Assembly: GCA_003221005.1 (NCBI GenBank)
Contig: QHTZ01000029.1
Location: 1 to 22,933 of the forward strand
Length of the DNA stretch: 22,933 bases
Reading direction: 5' to 3'
From: Gemmatimonadota bacterium
GTDB taxonomy: Bacteria > Gemmatimonadota > Gemmatimonadetes > Gemmatimonadales > GWC2-71-9
Shown piece after piece: positions 1 to 8,579 of the stretch (position 1 is the stretch's first letter; every line of letters starts with the position of its first letter). The position numbers and the translations under genes are program-made. The notes beneath the pieces are model-generated. The model was not told the DNA's origin. It worked only from the letters and a program-made list of their open reading frames with translations, and did not search any database.

Positions 1-52
1 TCGCGTGGGAGCGTTTCGTGCGAAACCGCAGCTTGAACGCGACCCGTTAGGC
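1..52 (+). mobile_element. 3' half of an integron attC site (L' arm, spacer, R' core GTTAGGC); 5' half lies outside the window
   Basis: CCGCA-GCTTGAA-CGCGACCC-GTTAGGC at 26-52. GTTAGGC (46-52) fits the GTTRRRY core and lies 20 bp before the next ATG. Its GTTAGG is the reverse complement of the CCTAAC that ends the following ORF. Confidence 0.65.
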
Positions 53-72
53 AGCTCCGGCAAGAGTCACAC

Positions 73-510
73 ATGAACCAGGGTCCTCCGCTCGCCAACG
101 CGCCTCGCGTCGTTCGGATACTCCACACCGCGCTCCTCGGCGGCCTAATCCTCAGTGGGGCGACGCTGTACCTCGCGCGTCGCCTGTCGCAACCGCCCCC
201 GGTCGGGGAGGCTCGCGTGCTCACTCTCGTTCTCGCCGTGGTGTCCGTCGGGGTGCTGGTTATCGCGGTGGGCATGCTGCGCCCCAGGGTTCCGGAGCGG
301 CGTTCGGAGCAAAACCCGGAGGCGTACTGGACCGACGCCAGCCGGGCCGCCGCTATCGTGCTCTGGGCCGCGATCGAGGGGGCAGGTCTGGTCGGTGCCG
401 TCGGTTATTTCCTCACCGCAGCAGCCGCCCCCACGGTGGCGTACGCCCTTGCGCTGGCCGCGCTGGTACTTTTCCGGCCGGGACGCCTCGAAGGGGACGG
501 AGAGACCTAA
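73..510 (+). CDS. Hypothetical membrane protein (~4 TM helices), probable integron gene cassette
   Basis: 145-aa ORF with four hydrophobic segments. Its TAA stop is embedded in ACCTAAC (RYYYAAC inverse core). Confidence 0.75.
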   Translation: MNQGPPLANAPRVVRILHTALLGGLILSGATLYLARRLSQPPPVGEARVLTLVLAVVSVGVLVIAVGMLRPRVPERRSEQNPEAYWTDASRAAAIVLWAAIEGAGLVGAVGYFLTAAAAPTVAYALALAALVLFRPGRLEGDGET

Positions 511-580
511 CGACCGACGGAACCTGACGGGCGCGGCCGGGTGAGCTAGAATTCCTGCGGTGCGCCAAACCTGAATCGCC
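505..580 (+). mobile_element. Degenerate attC remnant (R'', L''-like arm and central stem present; R' core missing)
   Basis: ACCTAAC (505-511), 5-bp spacer, ACGGAACCTGAC. An imperfect stem GGCGCGGCCG (530-539) pairs with CGGTGCGCC (558-566). No GTTRRRY occurs before the ATG at 581. Confidence 0.5.
524..552 (+). promoter_or_regulatory. Putative sigma70 promoter for the VOC gene cluster
   Basis: CTGACG (524-529), 17-bp spacer, TAGAAT (547-552); 28 bp upstream of ATG 581. Confidence 0.55.
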
Positions 581-1039
581 ATGACGAAGAAACCACGACG
601 ACCATCGAAACGATCGCCCAAGAGGCGGTCCCCGCGGGGATCCTCGCGCACGTCTCCGCCGAGTCACGTGCCGACGCGCGGCCTGTACGGTTGGATCACC
701 CACACCGAGCTCGCTAGCTCTGATCCAGCGGCAACGCAGGCGTGGTGCGCCAAGGTTCTGGGCTGGAGGTTCCAGCCGAGCTTTCCCATCCCCGGCGGCG
801 GCGAGTACCACCTGTTTGCGTACTCCGACAATGGCGGCGGCGGGATTCGTCCCAACAACCCGCCGGAGGTGCCAGGCAGCATCCCCTACGTCCACGTCGC
901 GGACACGCGCGCCGCCTTTGAGACAGCGCTGCGGGAAGGGGCCGAGGAGATGTTCCCACCTGAGCGGGTGATGGAGGGCGTCACGATCGCCATCGTCCGG
1001 GCACCTGGAGGAGTCGCGATCGGGTTCTCGGGTCCGTAG
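581..1039 (+). CDS. VOC/glyoxalase/bleomycin-resistance family protein with a basic N-terminal tail
   Basis: Motifs [21 protein letters not shown] and [14 protein letters not shown] are typical of VOC proteins. Confidence 0.85.
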   Translation: MTKKPRRPSKRSPKRRSPRGSSRTSPPSHVPTRGLYGWITHTELASSDPAATQAWCAKVLGWRFQPSFPIPGGGEYHLFAYSDNGGGGIRPNNPPEVPGSIPYVHVADTRAAFETALREGAEEMFPPERVMEGVTIAIVRAPGGVAIGFSGP

Positions 1040-1088
1040 TCGAGCATCTGCGGCTCTGGCGCAGTGTGGACACACTCGTGAGGACGCG

Positions 1089-1400
1089 TTGGCATTCTCC
1101 GAGAAGCTTCGCGAGGCCATTCGCACTGCGGCACCGGGCGCCGTAGAAGAGTTCAGTTATGGCATTCCCGCCTTCGGGCTCGAGGGACGGGTGCTCGTGT
1201 GGTACGCCGCCTGGAAGCGCCACACCAGCCTCTACCCGATGAGCGCAGCGATCGTGCGGGCGCAAGCGGTCGACGTCAAGGGATACGAGATTTCGAAAGG
1301 GACGATCCGTTTTCCCCTGACCAACCCCCCGCCAGCGGCCCTCGTGAGGCGACTCGTCAAAGCACGTATCGCTGAGTTACGGAAGAAGGAGCGGACGTGA
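1089..1400 (+). CDS. DUF1801 (YdhG-like) protein; N-terminus probably truncated or degenerate
   Basis: [42 protein letters not shown] and [12 protein letters not shown]. Only a TTG start is available and the usual first helix appears to be missing. Confidence 0.8.
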   Translation: MAFSEKLREAIRTAAPGAVEEFSYGIPAFGLEGRVLVWYAAWKRHTSLYPMSAAIVRAQAVDVKGYEISKGTIRFPLTNPPPAALVRRLVKARIAELRKKERT

Positions 1401-1437
1401 GCTGCTGAACAACCCAACCCGAACACGGGAGAGCCAC

Positions 1438-1752
1438 ATGCTACTCATTCGCGAGATCATGTACTGTAAGCCGGGTAAGGTGCGCCCGATGGTAGAGAAG
1501 TTTCTGGCCATGTCCAAGCTCAGCGCCAAGGTCGGCATGCCGAAGATGCGCGTGATGACCGACTTCTGTGCCGAGCGGTACTGGACGCTCGTTGCCGAGA
1601 TGGAAGTGGCGAGCATGGACGCGTTCGAGCGGATGGGGCAGGGCGGCGGCGGGCAGAACAGCGAGGACATGAAGGAGTTTGAGAATCTCATGAAGGGGTA
1701 TCACGAGTTCGTCGAATACGGCCGGCGCGAGGTCTACAAGATCGAAGGCTGA
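1438..1752 (+). CDS. NIPSNAP-like / dimeric alpha-beta barrel hypothetical protein
   Basis: GGGAGAG RBS. Pattern REIMYCKPGKVRPMVE...RVMTD...WTLVAEMEV.S...GRREVYKI. Confidence 0.65.
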   Translation: MLLIREIMYCKPGKVRPMVEKFLAMSKLSAKVGMPKMRVMTDFCAERYWTLVAEMEVASMDAFERMGQGGGGQNSEDMKEFENLMKGYHEFVEYGRREVYKIEG

Positions 1753-1753
1753 C

Positions 1754-2168
1754 GTGGGCAAAGTGTTTTTCGATGTCGGCATGTCGTTGGACGGCTTCAT
1801 CGCCGGGCCAAACGGTCGTCCGGGGAATCCCCTCGGCGACGGAGGCACGCGCATCCATGAGTGGGTCTATCCCCTCGCGGCCTTTCGCGAGCGCATCGGC
1901 CTCCCCGGAGGCGACACCAACCACGACGACGAGGTGGTCAGGGCAGTACTCGCCCGCACCGGTGCCTACGTGATGGGCAGACGGATGTTCGACGAGGGCG
2001 AGGTCGGCTGGCCGGAGAATCCCCCGTTCCGCGCCCCCGTGATCGTCGTCACGCGGCACGCGAGAGATCCTGTTCGACCGCCTCGACACAACGGACATGA
2101 CATTGGAGCGCGTCGAGGCGATCGATTCACCGCTGGTCACGCACCTGTCATATCGGGTGGTGAAGTGA
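1754..2168 (+). pseudogene. RibD C-terminal / dihydrofolate reductase family protein broken by an internal deletion and frameshift (pseudogene or misassembly)
   Basis: N-terminal half SLDGFIAGPN...GAYVMGRRMFD...PPFRAPVIVVTRHARDP. The family-type C-terminus LFDRLD...LERVEAIDSPLVTHLSYRVVK* is in the +1 frame (2070-2168). The central GG..I..L.AGLVDE..L.P segment is absent. Confidence 0.8.
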
Positions 2169-2178
2169 ACCCGGCTCG

Positions 2179-2457
2179 ATGACGCACACGATCAAGGTCA
2201 TCGCCGGGGGCCTCGTGCTGCTCGCCCTGTGTCTCCTCATCGGGCGCTGGGTCGGCGGTACGACTCCGGCGATCGGACTCGTGAGGGCGGTCAAGGTCTT
2301 CGCCCCGCTCTGGCTCGTCGCCGCAGGCATCAATATGTGGGTAGGGGTCTCGAAGGCTGGATACTCAGTCGCCGAAGAAGCCCCCATCTTCCTGGTGGTG
2401 TTTGCCGTCCCGACGGCGGTCGCGCTGCTCGTCTTGTGGCGGGCAACGCGCGGCTAG
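2179..2457 (+). CDS. Small conserved-type membrane protein (3 TM)
   Basis: Three hydrophobic segments; contains W...NMWVGVSKAGYS..EE.PIF. Confidence 0.75.
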   Translation: MTHTIKVIAGGLVLLALCLLIGRWVGGTTPAIGLVRAVKVFAPLWLVAAGINMWVGVSKAGYSVAEEAPIFLVVFAVPTAVALLVLWRATRG

Positions 2458-2483
2458 AAAGGAGCCCGTAGCACGGCCGAGCC

Positions 2484-2855
2484 ATGATCGTCCAACTGTT
2501 GTTGCTGCTTTTCGTCGATTATTTGCCCCCTGTCCCACAGGGGTACTCCTGCCTTCCGGGCAACGTGAAGCCGGCCGACATCGTCTCAGCCGAGCGCACC
2601 GGCGGACAGGATCCCAAGCTCGTTACGATCTCGGTCGAGCAGACCTTGAGGCAGCTACGTGCGCGATGCGTGAGAGGCAAGCTCGTTGACGCGAAAGGCA
2701 AGGAGATCCGATTCTATCGCGTGCAATGTTTCGGCGCTCCGACCGCATACGCCATGGAAACCACGCGACGTCAGCGCGTCGAGCTCGAGGCGCTGCGCAA
2801 GCGGTACACCGTCGTCGAGATGACGTGCAGTCCGTCGGGTGAGCCCAGACCATAG
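2484..2855 (+). CDS. Hypothetical secreted protein with 4 Cys
   Basis: Hydrophobic N-terminus, 123 aa, four Cys, co-oriented with neighbours. Confidence 0.65.
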   Translation: MIVQLLLLLFVDYLPPVPQGYSCLPGNVKPADIVSAERTGGQDPKLVTISVEQTLRQLRARCVRGKLVDAKGKEIRFYRVQCFGAPTAYAMETTRRQRVELEALRKRYTVVEMTCSPSGEPRP

Positions 2856-2866
2856 CCTGGAGGCCC

Positions 2867-3310
2867 ATGCTTGCTTACCTCGTCGTTGCCGCCACGCTGC
2901 TCGCGCCCCGGCCGGCGTCACCCCCAGCGCCCGACAGCGCGGAGACTATCCGCAGCGTGCTGGCGTTCGAGGATGGCCGCTTCGCCGCCATGGTCCGGGC
3001 CGATACGACCTGGCTGCGCGACGCCCTTGCCGAGGACCTGAGCTACGTCCACACGAGCGCGCGCAGCGAAACGAAGGCCCAGTATCTCGAGTCGGTCGGC
3101 TCGCACAGACTGCACTACGAAGCGTTCACCCCCGGCGAGCGCCGGGTGCGCCTGCTGAGCGCTGCTGCCGCCGTCGTGGCCGGGCTGGCCCACGCCCGCG
3201 TGGAGTCAGGCGGCCAGCTCGTGGAGATTGACGTCCGCTATCTCGCTGTCTACGAGCGGGTCGGCGCGCGCTGGCGGTTCGTGGCCTGGCAGACCACCCG
3301 CGTTCCATGA
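2867..3310 (+). CDS. Secreted NTF2-like (DUF4440) protein
   Basis: GGAGG RBS, signal peptide, and E..RF.AMV.AD...L...LA.DL.YVH.S...ETK..YL...YLAVY....WR.VAWQ.T. Its stop overlaps the xerD start (ATGA). Confidence 0.85.
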   Translation: MLAYLVVAATLLAPRPASPPAPDSAETIRSVLAFEDGRFAAMVRADTTWLRDALAEDLSYVHTSARSETKAQYLESVGSHRLHYEAFTPGERRVRLLSAAAAVVAGLAHARVESGGQLVEIDVRYLAVYERVGARWRFVAWQTTRVP

Positions 3311-4221
3311 CCATCACGCTCGAGTCCCCCGACCGAGCTTTCCACCTGGAGCGGTTCCGGGACTACCTCGCCCTCGAGGCCGGGACCAGCCCCCACACCG
3401 TGAGCAACTACGCCCGCGACATCCGGCGGCTCGCCGCGCACGCCGCCGCCAAGGGCGCCGGCGGCCCCGACGCGGTCACGGCGGCCCAGCTGCGTCAGTT
3501 TGTGTACGCGCTCAAGGATCTGGGGCTCGCTCCCGCCACGATCCGCCGGCAGATCTCCGCCATCCGCACCTATTACAAGTTCCTCGTGGGGGAAGCCCTC
3601 GCGACGCGGGACCCGAGCGAGCGGCTCGAGTCCCCGAAACAGTGGCGCGCACTCCCTACGGTGCTCACGGTCCCCGAGGTCGAGCGGTTGCTCGCCGCAG
3701 CCACCAGTGACGAAGCACTCGGGTTTCGCAACCGGGCGCTGCTCGAGTTCGCCTATGCCACCGGCGCGCGGGTGTCAGAGCTGGTGGCCCTCAAGCTTCA
3801 GGACTTGCTGTACGAGGACGGCCTGGCGCGCATCCACGGCAAGGGCTCGAAGCAGCGCATCGTCCCGGTGGGCCGGCGGGCGCTCGGTGCGGTCGCGTTG
3901 TACACCCGCGAGGTCCGGCCCACGCTCGACCGCGGGCAGGGACGGGATGTCCTGTTCCTCAACGCGCGCGGCACGCCGCTGTCGCGCGTCGGGGCGTGGG
4001 GCGTCATCAAGCGCGCGGCGCGGCAATCGGGGATCGCCAAGCGCGTCACGCCGCACACCCTGCGCCACACCTTCGCCACGCACCTGCTCGAGGGCGGGGC
4101 CGACTTGCGGGCGGTGCAGGAGATGCTGGGTCACGCCGACCTCGCGACCACGCAGCTCTACACGCACGTGGACCGTGACTACCTGCGGAGCGTGCACAGG
4201 CAATTTCACCCGCGCGCCTGA
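3307..4221 (+). CDS. xerD: Site-specific tyrosine recombinase XerD
   Basis: SAM-like N-terminal domain ([12 protein letters not shown]), [68 protein letters not shown]. No IntI-specific insertion. Confidence 0.9.
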   Translation: MTITLESPDRAFHLERFRDYLALEAGTSPHTVSNYARDIRRLAAHAAAKGAGGPDAVTAAQLRQFVYALKDLGLAPATIRRQISAIRTYYKFLVGEALATRDPSERLESPKQWRALPTVLTVPEVERLLAAATSDEALGFRNRALLEFAYATGARVSELVALKLQDLLYEDGLARIHGKGSKQRIVPVGRRALGAVALYTREVRPTLDRGQGRDVLFLNARGTPLSRVGAWGVIKRAARQSGIAKRVTPHTLRHTFATHLLEGGADLRAVQEMLGHADLATTQLYTHVDRDYLRSVHRQFHPRA

Positions 4222-4238
4222 CGGCGGAGGGAGGCTGC

Positions 4239-4808
4239 ATGCGTACCGCCAGCGTTTGTGTGGCCGTCGTGCTTATCGCTGCCCCGAGCGGGATCGGCGC
4301 GGCGCAGCAGGCTGCATCGCCCGCGCCGGCGGCAGCGAACGCGAACGAGGAGGGGTCTAAAGGAGGAGCGATCGTCGGCGGCGTGGGCCTGGGAGCAGCG
4401 GGCTTCCTCGCCGGCGGCTTGACTGGCGCCGTCGCCGCCGGGGACTGCGGGTCCGAATACGACGAGTTCTGCCGGCTCGCGGGGGCCTTCGTCGGGGCCG
4501 CCGTAGGTGGGACATTCGGCATGGCGTTGGGAGTGCATTTGGGCGACCACCGTCGCGGCAACTTCGCGCTCGACCTGGCCACCGGCGCTGCGGTGTGGGT
4601 AACCGGCATCAGCATCGCCGCGGCCGGCCACTGGGGCCATCCGCTCACGGAGACCATGTTCGTCGTGATCCCGATCGGGCAGCTCGCAGCTACGGTCGCG
4701 GTGGAGCGAGCAGTGGGCCGATCCCGGTCGAGGGGACGGCGGATTAGCATGCAGATCGTGCCGCACCCGGGTGGCCGGACGACGCTCGCCGTTTTGGTCC
4801 CATTCTGA
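4239..4808 (+). CDS. Exported Gly/Ala-rich (glycine-zipper-like) membrane protein ending in Phe
   Basis: GGAGG RBS, signal peptide, repeated GxxxG helices, CGSEYDEFC loop. Confidence 0.7.
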   Translation: MRTASVCVAVVLIAAPSGIGAAQQAASPAPAAANANEEGSKGGAIVGGVGLGAAGFLAGGLTGAVAAGDCGSEYDEFCRLAGAFVGAAVGGTFGMALGVHLGDHRRGNFALDLATGAAVWVTGISIAAAGHWGHPLTETMFVVIPIGQLAATVAVERAVGRSRSRGRRISMQIVPHPGGRTTLAVLVPF

Positions 4809-4914
4809 GGACGCACTGCTACGCCGAGCCGGCCCCTGAGGGCACGAACCAAGCGCGGAACTCGCTGATGACCAGCCACGTTCGCAACAAAACAGCCCTG
4901 GGGCCCCATACCAC

Positions 4915-7083
4915 ATGACTGCAGCGCTCCCCCTCCCGACGCTCGTCGCCGCGCTCGCCGACCGCTACACGCTCGACCGCGAGCTGGGACGGGGCGGAAC
5001 CGCCGCGGTGTACCTCGCGCTTGACCGCAAACACCAGCGGCAGGTGGCGATCAAGGTGCTGCGGCCCGAAGTGGCGGCGCACCTCGGCGCGGAGCGCTTT
5101 CTCCGGGAGATCGCCATCGCGGCCCGGCTCACCCACCCGCACATCCTCCCCCTCATCGACTCGGGCGAGGCTGCGGGTTCGCTGTACTACGTCATGCCCT
5201 ACGTGCCGGGCGAGTCCCTGCGCCAGCGGTTGGAGCGCGAACGGCGCCTGCCGGTGCGGGATGCCCTCCGAGCGGCTCGCGACGTCGGTGCGGCGCTCGA
5301 CTACGCCCACCGCCAGGGCTTCCTGCATCGCGACATCAAGCCCGAGAACGTGCTGCTCGCGGACGGGCACGCCCTCGTCGCTGACTTCGGGATCGCGCGG
5401 GCGATGTCGACCGCCGGGGCGGAGTCCGTCACTGAGGTGGGGCTCACCCTCGGCACGCCCACCTACATGAGTCCGGAGCAGGCGAGCGCGGAGCGAGAGC
5501 TCGACGCCCGGGCCGATCTCTACAGCCTCGCGTGCGTGTTGTTCGAGATGCTCGCGGGCGAGCCGCCGTTCGCGAGCGGGAACGCGCGCGCGACTCTGGC
5601 GCGGCACGTGACCGAGCGACCCCGACCGGTGCGCTCACTCCGTCCCGAAGCGCCCGCCGCGGTGGAGCACGCCATCGCCCGCGCCCTGGCCAAGAACCCC
5701 GCGGACCGGTTCCCGACCGTGGCGGCCTTCATCGCCGCGCTCGACGCTGGGACGGGGCCGGACGCGGCGCCCGCGGCCCTCGGCATCGCGCGGTCGCTCG
5801 CCGTGCTGCCGTTCGAGAACACGAGTCCCGACCCCGAGACCGACTACCTGAGCGACGGGATCACGGACGAGCTGATCAACGCACTCACTAAGGTCAACGG
5901 GCTGCGGGTCGCTTCGCGAACGTCGGTGTTCGCGCTCAAGGGTAAGCCGCAGGACGTGCGCGCCATCGGCGCGCTGCTCGGCGTGTCGGCGGTGCTCGAG
6001 GGGACCGTGCGCAAGGCGGGCGACCGGCTGCGCATCACGGCGCGGCTCACAGCCGCGGACGACGGCCGCCACCTCTGGTCGGAGCGCTACGACCGCAAGC
6101 TCGACGACGTGTTCGCGATCCAGGACGAGATCGCCGGCACGATCGTGAGCACGCTGCGCACCACGTTCCTCGCCGAGGTCGCCGATCCCACCCCGAAGCG
6201 CTACACCGCGATCCGCTACTTCGAGCAAGCCATCGCCGCCGATCCGCGGTACGCGCTCGCCTATTCGGGGCTGTCGGACGCGTACGCGCTGCAGGTGGAC
6301 TACCGGGGTGTTCCCGTCGCCGAGGGGCTGACGCGGGCCCGCGTCTACGCGCGGCAGGCGTTGGCGCTCGACGACTCGCTCGCCGAGGCTCACACGTCGC
6401 TCGGGTGGGTGCTATTCATTTACGACTGGGACTGGGACGGCGGCGCGCAGGCGTTCCGCCGCGCCGTGGAGCTCAACCCCGGCTACGCCACTGCCCACCA
6501 GTGGTACAGCTTCATCCTCGCCGCGCTGGGGCAGCTCGACCGCGCGCTGGTGGAGGGGCACACCGCCCTCGAGCTCGACCCAGCCTCGGTCTCCATCCGT
6601 CGCTCTGTCGGCTGGCTGTATTACTATGCCCGGCGTTACGACACGGCGCTCGAGCACCTGCGGCGCGCCATCGCCATGAACCCGACATCACAGGAGAACT
6701 ACCGTCTCCTCGGGCTCGCCCTCGCGCAGCAGGGATCGTATGACCAGGCCGAGCGCGCGCTGCGGGAGGCGGTGTCCATACCGGAGGAGACTGCGTACGC
6801 CGCTGCGGGCCTGGGCTATCTGCTGGCACGTCGCGGCGCGCGGGCCGAGGCGGAGGCCATCCTCCACGACCTCGAGGTGCGCGCGCACACGAGTTACGTT
6901 TCTCCGGTCGCCTTCCAGATGGTCTATCTCGGGCTCGGGGACACCGAGCAGGCGTTCGCCTGGCTCGAACGCGCCTATGACGAGCGGCGCGGCTGGCTCG
7001 CGTACCTCAAGGTGGAGCCGATGTTCGATCCCCTCCGCGCGGATCCTCGGTTCGCCGCGATGGTACACCGTATGAGACTCTAA
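4915..7083 (+). CDS. Hanks-type Ser/Thr protein kinase with TolB-like/FlgO domain and TPR repeats (cytoplasmic)
   Basis: GRGGTAAVY, VAIK, HRDIKPEN, DFG, GTPTYMSPE; SLAVLPFEN...DYLSDGITDELINAL; TPR repeats; C-terminal DPLRADPRF. No TM segment. Confidence 0.93.
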   Translation: MTAALPLPTLVAALADRYTLDRELGRGGTAAVYLALDRKHQRQVAIKVLRPEVAAHLGAERFLREIAIAARLTHPHILPLIDSGEAAGSLYYVMPYVPGESLRQRLERERRLPVRDALRAARDVGAALDYAHRQGFLHRDIKPENVLLADGHALVADFGIARAMSTAGAESVTEVGLTLGTPTYMSPEQASAERELDARADLYSLACVLFEMLAGEPPFASGNARATLARHVTERPRPVRSLRPEAPAAVEHAIARALAKNPADRFPTVAAFIAALDAGTGPDAAPAALGIARSLAVLPFENTSPDPETDYLSDGITDELINALTKVNGLRVASRTSVFALKGKPQDVRAIGALLGVSAVLEGTVRKAGDRLRITARLTAADDGRHLWSERYDRKLDDVFAIQDEIAGTIVSTLRTTFLAEVADPTPKRYTAIRYFEQAIAADPRYALAYSGLSDAYALQVDYRGVPVAEGLTRARVYARQALALDDSLAEAHTSLGWVLFIYDWDWDGGAQAFRRAVELNPGYATAHQWYSFILAALGQLDRALVEGHTALELDPASVSIRRSVGWLYYYARRYDTALEHLRRAIAMNPTSQENYRLLGLALAQQGSYDQAERALREAVSIPEETAYAAAGLGYLLARRGARAEAEAILHDLEVRAHTSYVSPVAFQMVYLGLGDTEQAFAWLERAYDERRGWLAYLKVEPMFDPLRADPRFAAMVHRMRL

Positions 7084-7109
7084 GACCCTCGCTAGCCTGG
7101 AGGTCTCCC

Positions 7110-7430
7110 ATGAGACGCCCAGCCGCAGCACTGATTCTGCTCGTACCGCTTTCGCTCCACTCGGCACGGCCGCAGCAGCCGGCCACCTACGTGTATCAGG
7201 GGACCATCGAGACCGTCCGGCCCAGGGCCGGATCGGTAGCGCTGGTGACCGGCGTGGGGATGGCCCTGCGGCTTGTGAACATCCAAACGACCGCCACGAC
7301 CCGCGTCGCGAGCGGCACGACGCCGCTCGCGCTCACCGCCCTCAAGCCGGGTGACGTGATCCGCGCCGAATGCCACCGCACGGACAAGGGGCCCGTCGCC
7401 GATCGGATCGAAAGGATTCAGCTACCATGA
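7110..7430 (+). CDS. Small secreted beta-rich protein (DUF5666/CusF-like OB-fold pattern)
   Basis: GGAGG RBS, signal peptide, QGTIETV...T..TRV...LTALKPGDVIRAE...VADRI. Its stop overlaps the next start (ATGA). Confidence 0.65.
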   Translation: MRRPAAALILLVPLSLHSARPQQPATYVYQGTIETVRPRAGSVALVTGVGMALRLVNIQTTATTRVASGTTPLALTALKPGDVIRAECHRTDKGPVADRIERIQLP

Positions 7431-8575
7431 GCGCCGCGCACAGGCTCGCGGGGCTGCTCGCCGTGCTCGCCGTGGCGGCGTGCGAAAAGCCAGTCAAACC
7501 GGGAGATCCGCTGCGGGGCCTGAGCCGTGAGCAGCTGGAGCGCTTCCGCAGCGGCAAAGTCGCCTTCGACAGCGTGTTCACGCCCGAGACCGGGCTCGGG
7601 CCGCTGTTCAACGCCAACGCGTGCGGGGAATGTCACGAAGACCCCGCTCCCGGCGCGCGCGGTGATGAGGTCGAGGTGCACGCCACCGCCCTCCGGGCGG
7701 GAGGAGTATGCGACCCGCTCGCGGGCGAAGGGGGGCCGGTCATCCAGCAGCACGTGACACCCGCCCTCAAGGCCGCCCTGGGCATCGACGCGGAGCCGTT
7801 CCCGAAAGACGCGAGCGCGCGCGCCATGCGCACCACACCGGTGCTGTTCGGGCGCGGGCTGCTCGATGCCGTCCCGGATTCGGTCATCTTGAGCTACGCT
7901 GACCCCGACGACCGCAATCACGACGGCATCCGGGGACGCCCCAACCGCTCCGTGGACGGCCGCATCGGCCGCTTTGGCCGCAAGGCGTTCGTGCCCACCC
8001 TGGACGAGTTCAACGACGGTGCATTCGTGGCCGAGATGGGCGTGACGAACCCAGCGCAGCCGACCGAGGAAACGATCGGCGGGCAGCCCATCCCGGCGGG
8101 AGTCGATCCCGCACCCGACCCCGAGATCAACCAAGAGATGCTCGATCGGACGAACGCCTTCGTGCGCTTCCTCGCGGCGCCATCCACGAAACTGACCCCG
8201 GAGGCGCGACAGGGTAGGGAGCTGTTCAGCCGCATCGGATGCGCTGCGTGCCACGTCCCGATGCTGCGCACCGGTCCTAACCCCGTGGCCGTGCTCGATC
8301 GCAAGACGTTCGCCGCCTACACCGATTTGCTGCTCCACGACATGGGGCCCGATCTGGCGGACATTTGCCTCGGCTTGGCGGGCCCCTCCGATTTCCGGAC
8401 CGAGCCGCTCCTCGGGCTCGACTCGGCCAAGACCTTCCTCCACGACGGCCGGGCCGACACCCCCGAGCGGGCCATCGAGTTGCACGGCGGCGAAGCGGTG
8501 GCAGCGCGGGATCGGTTCCTGGCATTGTCGGTGCCGGAGCGGGCAGCGCTGGTCGCGTTTCTGAGGTCGCCCTAG
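7427..8575 (+). CDS. Di-heme oxidoreductase (DHOR) family c-type cytochrome lipoprotein
   Basis: ATG 7427 coupled to the upstream stop; lipobox VAAC; GLGPLFNANACGECH; LFGRGLL; GRFGRKA; GCAACH; YTDLLLHDMG; FRTEPL; FLHDGRA; AIELHGGEA. Confidence 0.9.
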   Translation: MSAAHRLAGLLAVLAVAACEKPVKPGDPLRGLSREQLERFRSGKVAFDSVFTPETGLGPLFNANACGECHEDPAPGARGDEVEVHATALRAGGVCDPLAGEGGPVIQQHVTPALKAALGIDAEPFPKDASARAMRTTPVLFGRGLLDAVPDSVILSYADPDDRNHDGIRGRPNRSVDGRIGRFGRKAFVPTLDEFNDGAFVAEMGVTNPAQPTEETIGGQPIPAGVDPAPDPEINQEMLDRTNAFVRFLAAPSTKLTPEARQGRELFSRIGCAACHVPMLRTGPNPVAVLDRKTFAAYTDLLLHDMGPDLADICLGLAGPSDFRTEPLLGLDSAKTFLHDGRADTPERAIELHGGEAVAARDRFLALSVPERAALVAFLRSP

Positions 8576-8579
8576 CCGC

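Noticed and set aside
3-50. 3' end of an upstream CDS (AWERFVRNRSLNATR*)
   Set aside because: Too short to support, and the attC right-arm interpretation explains the sequence better. Not fully excluded.
3307-4221. Tyrosine recombinase as the integron integrase or a prophage integrase
   Set aside because: Motifs and length match housekeeping XerD. It lacks the IntI-specific insertion and no phage genes are nearby.
4809-4914. Fluoride riboswitch or attC in the gap before the kinase (GCTGATGAC; GCGGAAC...GTTCGC hairpin)
   Set aside because: The 5' GAUGG/P1 element of the riboswitch and proper attC R''/R' cores are absent. Only a short imperfect hairpin remains.
2853-7103. Identical TAGCCTGGAGG at 2853-2863 and 7093-7103 as a regulatory motif
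   Set aside because: Five bases are the SD and one TAG is a stop codon. Two copies are compatible with chance.
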